From assembly GCF_021869535.1 (NCBI RefSeq), contig NW_026262690.1, forward strand, positions 11,842,001-11,906,000: a DNA stretch of 64,000 nucleotides, given 5' to 3'. This document shows positions 12,401 through 24,400 of this stretch, piece after piece. The stretch comes from Mytilus californianus. Lineage: Eukaryota. Made by a program: the position numbers and the translations under genes. The notes below the pieces were generated by a model. That model worked only from the letters and a program-made list of their open reading frames with translations. It had not been told where the DNA came from and made no database searches. Numbering within the stretch: position 1 is the stretch's first letter; each line of letters begins with the position of its first letter.

Positions 12401-15400
12401 TCTCGCTTTTTGACTCCGTCAAGGCGAGACAAAAAAGGTGAAGGGCGTTAAACTGGTAGGTTAAATACAAACAAACTAATTTCTGGTTCCTCTATATAGC
12501 TAGGATAATGGAACATTCTCCCATATCATTGTTTCATATATTAATTTTTGTTACTGAATTTCTACAAAATATTTCATTTTCTTCTTGCGTGTATGTATTG
12601 TTAATGGTGTTCTGTTTTTTACAGGAGATGCTTAGTAGGGAAAAGGTTTTGTACGATTACAATTAAATTTGTCATGTTCAACATATATTGAGTTTCCTGT
12701 CTATTCATCAAGTGTTGGTCGACCAGATATTCACTGTCATTGTGCTGCATCAAATACTACAAGTAATGAAAATACCTTCATGAAAAATCATATAGTAGTG
12801 TTGACGGTTTGCGGAAACTGTGTGCAGAAGGGAATGCCAATAAAATGACATTTCTTCTCGACAGTATCTGTCAGACATTAAAATTTAGTAACAAAATGTT
12901 CAAATCTAGTCATTGAATAAAAGTCTGAAAATTTTTTTAATTTTATTCGCCCTTTTTCAGAAGAAAATTCTGTGGATAAAAAAAATCTTTTTACCTACCT
13001 ACCCACTTTTGGAAAGTAGGGTAGGGAGAGGGGAAACAGACATATTTTTAAATTTGGCCCTGGTCATATGGTCCAGTAATTGATTAAATTTTACTGGACT
13101 GAACCATTTATTACTGGACATTATCACGTCTGACAGACCTTGGGAATGACTGATATAAGATTTTTTGGTTTGACCTTAAAAGGAAATCTGAAGAACCTCT
13201 TGTACTAGAGGCAATCACATGACCAGTAGATCACACAGGAGAAGAAATAACGTGATGTACATATTTGATTTGATTCTTCATAACATAAATTTCTGTTTCA
13301 TTTTGATGTCTAAATCATCGCTTAAGTTAAGGCTGTTTATTTTATTGCTTTTTAAAAATGTCTGCAAACCAAGTTTTTTTTTTTGTGGCCTTATAATGAA
13401 TCAATTATTAGTTTATTATGACTTTTGTTTCATGCTTAAGAAATCAATGATGTCATTTAACCGATTTTACCTCACAGCTTTTAACAAAGGAAATCAATTG
13501 ACATAAAATCAGCCACTTAATAGGTGAACAATCAGCTAACAATGTCATGTTCTGTAGGCTCTACATTTTACTGGTAAAATTCTAGAGAAGAGATAATTGG
13601 ATAGAAAGAATCTCTTAAATTTTCATTGTTCCACAGGTTAAGGAGTGGAAGTGGATAAATATATATTGATGAACAGAGGAACAAAGAGAATAAATTGTCC
13701 TGTTTTGTTCATTCATTAGCATAAAGCCCTATTCTATGTCAAATACCAGAATATTTACTGTTGTACTTTATAAAGTCATTGATATAACATTAAAGACTTG
13801 AACAAGACAAACATGATGCACTGCTGTATGCAGGAAATAAGTGCCACAAGCATTCTAAAACCTTCAACATTCTGTTATTAGTGGAAGATTTAGAGAAAAT
13901 CAAAATCCAGATCAAATGCACGCCTTTAGTATATGTAATAACACCTTACATCATATAAAAGTTCTAGCTTGATAACTGTAGGAGAAGTTAGCAAGACAAA
14001 CTATGTATCGTATGTGGAACAGACTGACAGACAGGGGTGAAACAATATGTCACTTACATTTCGTTACAGGGCCATCAATATATAACTTTGAAAACAAAAT
14101 CGAGTTGAATAAATCAATCTGCTTATGTCACAGACTCATAATTATAACAGGGTACATGTTAACTGTTCTTACCCTGTGAGTCTGAAGTCCCCATGGAAAT
14201 GGACTAGAAATATCTTGAAACTGTAACGTAGACTTCTTCCACTCACGACTAAAGGAGTGATATGGTGATCCATAAACTATATGTCGTAAAGCCTGCAAAA
14301 CAAACATTGTGTCTAATATTTATTTGTAGACTTTTATACTGTTTATCATCAAGTATGGAAACAGAAAAAGGTCTGCTATTCATTTTTTCAAAAGAAAATG
14401 AAAGTGCACCAGAGCCACCAGTAAAAGTTGGTAGGAGGACTTGACCAGAATATCTTATATTATCTGATACATTTTTCTGTTTGGTTAATATGATGCTACT
14501 ATCTACCATGTACAGATAGATACTGTTAGTACCATCCTTCCTTACTGGAAAGTAGGGCATGATTTGCCATTTTGAGGCTTATATCTGTCTCTGAAATTTG
14601 TTTGCTTTCTATTGTTATTTTTTTCTTTTCTTTCTTTTAACATGGAATCAACAGATTTTAAGTATTATAACAGAAATTACTAATAAATTCATTATTCAAT
14701 TTACAACTATATCAATTATTGCATATATCATACATGTATGCATATAAAAATGGCAAAAACATAGAAAAGATTCAAAAGATTCATATTAGTGAGAATTTTC
14801 TTCTTCTTCTTCAAAATTCACATATTCTGTAAAACTTTCTCTTATCTCGAGGTAAATATATACTTACTACTGCAGTATCTATTGTAATAGGTGTACCACC
14901 AATTAATCTACTGGAACGGGGTCGTAGTGTGTTGTCTGCAAAATATAACATCCAATTAAATACTATGTTTTCTTGCTATTACTTATTCTTCATCTTATAT
15001 AGTTAAATGCTTTAACTAGAGGCTCCAAGTAGCCTTTATGGCTTATCTGGTATTTTTTGTGTGTGTAAAATTGAAATGATGCAATAACAATATCATCTGA
15101 TTGTTTCCAGCAAAAACATAAAGTAGAGACTCTAAAGAGCCTGTGTCCCTCACCTTGGTCTATGTGCATATTCAACAAAGGACAGTCTCCAACATTGTAG
15201 ACGAGAATAGAATTCATGACAAAAATCTCTTTTGTATTGATCTTGTATTGATGATCATTTTGTCCGTTTACTTTCTCTCTATTTTCTTCATTTTTGCTCA
15301 AAACACAAAAGAGAGCAAAAAAAAAATACTCATTTAAGGGCAATCACTCCTATAAAGATTGACAGTAAATCAATCCTATAGAGATTGACTGTCTACTAAC

Positions 15401-18400
15401 TATATCGGCAAAATTTTACTCATTTGTAGATCTTGCCTTGCTGATCAGTTTTGTTATTTAAAGTTTCTGTTTATCTACTATAACTTTATCATATAAGGCA
15501 AAACGCCAAAAAATTGGTAAAATTCGTCATTAAGGTATAGAACCACTGATTCGGCCCGGTTAGAAAGATCATACAAGAAAGTAGAACATATTTTGAACAA
15601 AATAGTTCATATGCATAGCTGTCAGTGGCGTAGCTTGCATGTATGCTCAGATGCTCAAGCATGCACATCATTTTGACCAAAAAAAAAAAAAATAATTGTA
15701 TATGATCGCATTAAATATGTTCGCAGCAGATACCGAATGTAACAAGGGTAAGGATATGAGGATAACGCCCAATCATTTCCGAAGCATGTGCTTGGTCAGT
15801 ACGTGTCTGTTCTTCATTAAGTTTATGTATACTAGATGGATAAATCGCAGAAAAGTGTTCTCTACTTTTTTCGTAAAAAGTCTTCGTCGTCGTCGGCTAC
15901 AGCAAGCGCAGAGGATGATGATATGCAGACCCGCGGACATGTTTCATCTGAAATTGAGCCAAGCAGAGCGATGGCTTCTACATCTGACAGAGCAACGTTA
16001 ACATCAATTAAACTACCATATCCTGATATCGCTTCCTGTGACAAGAAAGACGAATTGATCAAAACTCAATTTGTGACAGGGTGCGATCATTCCTGGGCTT
16101 AAAAATACCTGTTTCCATCTAGGAACAAATATTAATTTTATTTTCAATAAAACATACCTCTTATATTCTAACAGAATATACATTTTGTAACATTGCGCAC
16201 ACACAAGGTTGTCGCGTCATGATTGACATGAAATTTGAGGCCCTCATGGCGGGTCCAAATAATTGCATAATCACAAATGTTTTGGCAATATCATCACTAA
16301 AAAGGCCAAGTAATCATAAATCAAAAACCCCATGGAGAGGCTCAAATTCCGGGAAAAGGGGGATCACTGGTTCCAATATTCCAAAGTTTCATAAACAGAA
16401 GCGCCGCTGTAATGGGTCCAATTTTCTAGCTGTCAAATATGATTGGGTGGGGAACTTTTACATTAAATATTTATGAATTGAATGATGGTAGTTTGGAGAA
16501 AACAATAAAATTCTATTGGAAATATATGAATTGGTGGTTATATTGAAATTCAAAGCTACATAGCCTCAGGTATATCATGGCAGAAACTAAACCAAAGACA
16601 CTCCATGAAACACTTGTCACCACAAACAAAAATCTCTATCCGAACATTTCTGTTATTATATCTGTCCTTCCTACAATGCCAGCTTCAACATCCACAACAG
16701 AGAAATCTTTTAGCGCAATGAACAGAATTTAAACCTACTTGAGAACCACAATGAGAACAGAATAGAAAGCAAGGGGGCTATAGAATTTTGCTTGTTTAAG
16801 TTTCTATCTATCTATTATGACTTTTAAGATATAAGGCAAAAACACAAACAATTGGAAAAAATCATCATCAAAGGGCAATAACTCTAATAAGGAGTTGACT
16901 GACAATTTCAACCATTAAACTTATTTGAAGATCTTATCTTGTTGATCATTTTTGCAGTTAAAGATAATAGCCAAAAATGAAAAAAAAAGGAAAAATTTGT
17001 CATTTAAGGCCAACAACTCATACAAGAAGTCGTCTGACAGTTTTGACATTAATAGACAATTGGTAGAACTCACCATTTTGAACATTTTTGCCTTGTCAGA
17101 TTTGCTCTATTTATAAATAGCTAATACTTGCTTTCTACCCCTATGTTCTATTTTTAGCCGTGTCGGCCATCTTGGCCAAGTTTTGTAAAATTTGGTCTAG
17201 TAGTTTCAGAGGAGAAGATTTTTATAAAAGTTAACGGACAACAACGAAGGACACCAAGTGATGAGAAAAGCTCACTTGGGCCAGGTGAGCTAAAAATAGG
17301 TAAAAATCACTATTCAATGACAACTGCACCTATACATGGTCAACTGATGAAAACATCAGATATTATTGTAAATTTTTTATATATCTTTTATTGTTGAAAA
17401 TTAATGCTATTATAAAAACAGTTTCTCTCTATATTTACTATATTGTTTCCACAAAAAACACAAATATGGGTAACAATTGTCATTCAAGGGCAATAACTTC
17501 AATAAGAAGTAGACAGATATTAAGGTCATGCAGAATTTTTAGTAGATCTTGTCCTGCTGTTCATTTTTATGTTAAGAGTTTTTCTTTATCTACTTTATGT
17601 TTCACAAAAACACAAATATGGGTAAAATTTGTCATTCAAGGGCAATAACTCCTACAAGGAGTAGAAATAATTTATCCCAGTTGATTATTTTTCCTATTAA
17701 AATTCTCTCTTTATCTATTCAAGTTTTCAAGGTAATAGCCAAAATTGCTTCAACAAAAAGTATAGAAATCATTTCAAGGCAATATTAGTGTATACATTTG
17801 ACAGAAAGTTTTGGTTGAAATGGACAGTAGGTAGAATGTGACATTCTGAATGTTTCTGCCCCTGTCAGATTTAATCTATAACAGTTTACAAGATGACAAA
17901 CAAAACTTCTGTTTTATGGTCATGTTGGTTGGTATTTGTGATGATCAGTCACATTAAGCTACCCCAAGGATGATTGTGGTTACGTTTGGTTCTAATGAGA
18001 CCAGTGGTTTCAAAGAATATATTTTTGTAAAAGTTAACAAGTGACCACAACTGGAGAGGATGAAAGACAGACGGCTTATCTTTTTCTTGGGTTTCCCATT
18101 GCAATACTCACAGAGTACAAGGTATGAATTTGTGAGTTCTGTTCATATCGTCACAGTTTGTAGGGTAAATGTATTTAGTATTGTATACAACTATGCATGA
18201 CTTGCATGTTCCATATTTGATCACTATATACTGAACCAAGGTAGTGTTTAATTCAAAGGGATAAAATCAATTGGACTTGAACATTTCTAACTTTGTTTTG
18301 ATAACAGTTCAATGCATTAGAAATAATAAAATACATTTGTGTCATTTAAAATGAACTTTAACATGTAATTTGGCACAATTAATATTTCAATTCAATAAGT

Positions 18401-21400
18401 GCAAAATAGGAGTTGTAAGGAACCAGATAAAAATTTAAATTCATTTACATTTAAGTTATTTAATAAAATGTCTTAAAATTACTGCCGTGTTTAATTCCAC
18501 AATCAAATGTGTGTTTAATTAATGCATAAATGATAAAGAATAATGAAGTAATTTAAATAAAAAATACTACAAGCTTTAAAGAGCATCTTCTCCTGGATAA
18601 GTACCAGTATACCTATGTACAATGTCAATGTAAAAAAAATGGCAACTCTGCACTCAAATTTGAACTGTTTACCACATTTTTCGAATGATGGAAATTAAAC
18701 CAATCTGAACTGTTTACCCTTCAGGAGCATTTATTTTCCCCAGAGATCAAATGTCAAAAAGTTTTACTGGCAATAGATACGTACCCCTAGTAAAAGGGGA
18801 GCCATAATTAGGAGAAAGAAAGCAAAAGTGAAAAAAAGTATGACAAACTATGTCCAATATCACTAAAACATATGTAAAATGAAAATTTGTTATAAACCAA
18901 ATTTTGGACAGGAGCTTACATTGTACTCAAGGATCTTACCATTGTGCTAAAAAGTAATGCTGAAGAAAAAATTTAAGGTCTTACATGTACATGTAACTGT
19001 CAAATTTGAAAAAAATAAAGTTTCATAACTCAAGAATAGCAAATTACATAATTATTGATAAAGAAATGATTGCCATGACCCCCAACAAAACAAACAAAAG
19101 TTTTGAGGACCTTCAAACTGTTGTTAAGAGATGATAAAATGTTGAAAATTCAACAGAAAATGGACACAATATGAGGGCAAAACCTCAAATTAGCCCTTTG
19201 GGTTTTGCTATATATATGTGAACTTCTAGGGCACAAAAATTACTATCTACATGTAGATGAATTATTGTAAATTCAGAAATTATTGCGAGGTTTTTATTAA
19301 AGCGAATAAAGTGACTAGATGAGTATCTCAATAATAAGAACTCACATTCTCATATCTAATAGGTATATCTGTATGCAGATTTCCCTGAAATCGCAATAAT
19401 TAATCTCGCATGCATGTCCATTCTTCAAAAATCGCAATAATAAATGCATGCAATAATTTCTGAATTTACAGTAATCACAGGTTAGCAGAAAGAATAATAA
19501 ATATTTTCACACAAACATGTATTATTTTGTCAATATTGAATACTTACTTGAATGAGAAATTTTAGATAAAAGTATACTACTGCAATGTGATAGATTGGCT
19601 TATCTTTAAATCTATTTATTTTGTTGTTAAGACCATTTAATTCTCAAGTACTATACAGATAATTTAAACATGGACAACTATTTATTGATCTATATATCAT
19701 ACAATTTCAATAATTAACACAATAAAAGTACCTGGTAGAGTGTAAGTAACTTCAGTTTTGAGGACCTATCTAATATCTGTCAAAATTGTTTTCATATTTA
19801 TCAAAAGTTTATGGATTCATTGTATGATTAAAATTTTACGATGACAACTTAACCAATAAAACTTTATTGCATCTGTATGAAAATAATATAAGTACTAACT
19901 GTACATGTACTTCAACGGAAAAAAAGTGAATTTCTCTACATCTATATCTGTATATATATTCTTTAATTCCTCTTATACAGAGATGTGTAATATATACAAT
20001 TATATTGTTATAAGATCAAATTATTCATGAATAATTAATGTTTTTGGCAAGTAAAGGAGAACAAATTAATCGTCTTTAGAGAAAATCACACAAGCAGTGT
20101 CACGTAAGAACTTAGTGTGAATGTTCACAAAGCTATCTATATCACATTCTATATCTGGATAGTTTTCTATGACAAGATTTGTTAAGAACATGCCAAAAAT
20201 AGCTAATTTATCTGTATAATGAATGAATTGTCCAAGGTGAAATATTTGGTCTGTTCCTGTTCTAAAGTCTTACTCAAAGACAATCAGTCAAATATTCAAC
20301 TTCACCTGCATTGAACTTGACCTCTGGCCATGAATCCACATAAAATGTCTTCACTCTTTGAGTTAGTTTTGGTCGATCATCTTCCTCTTCATCTCCAACA
20401 TCTCTAAATCCAACTCTTTTTCTCTACAATGATCAAATTTACTATAAACTAGAGGCTCTTAAGAGCTGGTGTCGCTCACCTTGGTCCAAAATTGAAGACG
20501 AGAATAGAATTCACGACAAAAATCTGTTTTGTTGATTTTGTTTTGCTGAATGTTTAGTCTGTTTAGTTTCTCTCTATCTTCTTTAGTTTTTGCTCAAAAC
20601 ACAAAACAAGAGGCTCTCAAGAGCCTGAATCACTCACCTGTACTTCAGAGGAAAAGATTTTTAAATATTAGCAAACTTGATGAACAAATTGTGTAAAATT
20701 GTCTTTAAAGGGCAATAACTCCTTAAGGGGTCAATTGACAATTTTGGTCATTTAACTTTTTTGTAGATCTTACTTTGCTGAACATTATTGCTGCTTACAG
20801 TTTATATATATCTATAATAATATTCAAAATAATAACAAAAAACTGCAAAATTTTGTTAAAACTACCAATTCGGTGGCAGCAACCCAACAATGGGTTGCAT
20901 GATTCGTCTGATAATTTCAGGGTCGATAGATCTTGACCAATTAAACAATTTTACCCCATGTCACATTTGCTCTAAAAGATATAGTTTTTGAGATATAAGC
21001 CAAAAACTGCATTTGACCCTTATGTTCTATTTTTAGCCATGGCAGCCATGTTTGTCAATGGATACAAACTTCGGATACAATTTATAAACAAGATACCCTA
21101 AGGAACATTTATTTAAAGTTTGAAGGTAATTGGCCCAGTAGTTTCAGAGGAGAAGATTTTTTAAATATTAGCAAACTTGATGAACAAATTGTGTAAAATT
21201 GTCTTTAAAGGGCAATAACTCCTTAAGGGGTCAATTGACAATTTTGGTCATATTAACTTTTTTGTAGATCTTACTTTGCTGAACATTATTGCTGCTTACA
21301 GTTTATATATATCTATAATAATATTCAAAATAATAACAAAAAACAGCAAAATTTTGTTAAAACTACCAATTCGGTGGCAGCAACCCAACAATGGGTTGTT

Positions 21401-24400
21401 TGATTCGTCTGAAAATTTCAGAGGTGATAGATCTTGACCAATTGAACAATTTTACCCAATGTCAGATAAGCTTTAAAAGCTTTAGTTTTTGAGATATAAG
21501 CCAAAAACTGCATTTGACCCCTATGTTCTAGTTTTAGCCATGGCGGCCATGTTTGTCAATGGGTCAAAACTTCAGATACAATTTATAAACTAGATACTCT
21601 AAGGAACATTTAGTTAAAGTTTGGAGGTATTTGGCCCAGTAGTTTCAGAGGAGAAGATATAGTTTACGACGACAGACGATGACGACGACGACGGACGTAC
21701 AAATACATTTGCAAACCAAATATCATTGACTTAACATCAGTGGATCATCTTCACAAACTTATACCTGTAAACTAAGCAAAAGTTTCAAAGTCAATAGACC
21801 ATGACTGAGGGGGCGGGGCCAATAATAATCTCCATGGAAATGAGATGTGCCAATGCTTATACAACTACATACCAAATATCATTGACCAACCAATAGTGGT
21901 TCCCCATAAACTAACCTAATCACAAATTAATACATGTAAACTAAGCAAAAGTTTCAAATTCAATAGACCATGATTGAGGGGCTAGGCCAAATAATCTCCA
22001 TGGAAATGAGATGTGCCAATGATTATACAACTACATAACAAATATCATTGACCAACCAATAGTGGTTCCCCATAAACTAACCTAATCACAAACTAATACA
22101 TGTAAACTAAGCAAAATTTTCAGTCAATAGACCATGACTGAGGGAGCAGGGCCAAATAATCTCCATGGAAATGAGATATGCCAATGCTTATACAACTACA
22201 TACCAAATATCATTGACCTACCACTAGTGGTTCCCCATAAACTGACCTTATCACAAACTAATACATGTAAACTAAGCAATAGTTTCAAAGTCAATAGACC
22301 ATGACTGAGGGGGCAGGGCCAAAATATATCCATGGAAATGAGATGTGCGAAAGCTAATACAACTACATACCAAATATCATTGACCTACCACTAGTGGTTC
22401 ACCATAAACTAGACCTTATCACAAACTTATACATTGTTGATGCCGCTGCCCGCTGGAAACAGCATACCTATGTCTCGCTTTTTGACTCACTCAAGGCGAG
22501 ACAAAAATTGGTAAAAATCATCATCAAAGGGCAATAGCTGTAATAAGGAGTTGACTGAAGATTTCAACCATTAGACTTATTTGTAGAACATGTCTTGCTG
22601 ATCATTTTTGCAATTTAAAGTTTCTCTTTAACTATTATAGTTTTCAAGATAATAGGCAAAAATGAAGAAAATGGTAAAATTTTTGATTTAAGGGCAATAA
22701 CTCCTATAAGAAGTCGTCTGACAGTTTTGACGTATCAAGACAATTGGTAAAGCTCACTGTGCTGAACATTTTTGCTCTTGTCAGATTTTCTCTTTTTATA
22801 ACAGTTTCAAAATAATAGATTTCAAAATAATAGACAAAACTTGCATTTTTACCCTAGGCCTATGTTCTGTTTTTAGCCATGTCTGCCATCTTGGTTGGCA
22901 GGCAGGGTCATTGGACACATTGTTTTAAACTAGATACCCCAATGATGATTGTGGCCAAGTTTGGTTAAATTTTGCCCTGTAGTTTCTGAGAAGATTTTTG
23001 TAAAAGTTAACGGACGAAAACGACGACAGACGAAGGACGTCAAGTGATGAGAAAAGCTCACTTGGCCCAGTGGGCCAGCTGACCTAAAAATGTAACATTT
23101 TTACATTGTTTCAATTTTAACCAAAAAGTATAATCATAATAAAAATGTAAAATACCAAAGTACTTTCAGTTGCCTTATTAAGTGCACCTAATTGTGCAGG
23201 GTAACCAAATTGAGTGTTGTTATTTGGTACTTACCCTGCTGTCCTATATATGTAAAAAACAACTTATTTAAGTTATACAATTCTCCTATTTTTGGCACTC
23301 TGTACAAACTTAATAAATCAATGTTAGTGCTGTAAAATTAATTGACAGCAGAATGACCATTACATCAATAACATGTGTTCTACACAGCAGAATTGCATGG
23401 TTGATTGAAAACTTATGCATGGTACATAACATTGTATTCATTGTCCATTTTTTACATTAATTGATTGTTTCTAGCTTAAAGTCCAGTGGCAAATATGTCA
23501 AGCATACATGTAGTCAGGACAACTGTTTGTTATACTAAATTGTAGTAAACATTATATAGGGAAGTATAAAACTTTGAAATAATTGAAAACATCGTAACAG
23601 ATAGAAGATCTTACATAGATCAATTTCTACAGAAAAAGCAAGAGGCAGTGTCAGCCGATACCCATGTTATAACTCTTCAGTAAATTGAAAGTTGATAGAG
23701 TGAATATTATTGGAAGGACCTATGCAAACCAGTTTAGCCCCTTCCTTGGAAGGAAGAGGGTATAATAAATTATTTTCCAGGGTACTTAATTATCAATTGA
23801 AGAGATAAAAAAATGGTTTAGCATAAATAATAATAGAATAATTTTGTTTGGAATTCTTATCTTGCCACATTAAATAATAGTCCTGAATTGCCAACATCTT
23901 CAAAATAAGAAATCTATAGTAGATGTTAAATTATTGTTAAAATCTAGGCATGAGTGACCTACTTTTCTAAGAGGCTGATGTACTCCTGGACCATTAGATG
24001 CATCCTTAACACTTAGTTTAATGATTTAAGCTCTTAACATACATGTATGAGGACTGAACTTTGACATATAACTCATATTTAAGCCACTGGACAATGAAAT
24101 AAAGGCAAGTGACCATGGTGACCATTATTTTATGGCACATGTATGGCCAGTCTGATGAAGATGTGTCTGCACATATCTGTATATTTATTATCTATGAAGA
24201 ATTGGCTACAATACACATGATTAACAAATTTTTGTGGCAAACCATGCTGTGCAAAATTTTATACTGTAAATTAAGAAATTATTGTGTGCATTTATAATTG
24301 AGATTTTTGAAGAATGGACATAAATGTGAGATTTATTATTGTGATTTCAGGAAAATCTATATACTTATACATTGTATATGCATCAGATATCAGAATGTGA

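Noticed and set aside
14249-14591. ORF 14249-14560 or a candidate exon 14507-14591 as part of MINDY4B
   Set aside because: Stops occur in the frames tested, and exon 14868-14935 joins 14292 in phase while supplying the GGxPI motif.
18090-18200. Possible extra minus-strand exon (AG...GTGAGT)
   Set aside because: It would break the phase chain between exons 2 and 3 and shows no homology. A similar candidate at ~25320-25390 was dropped for the same reason. RNA-seq is needed to exclude both.
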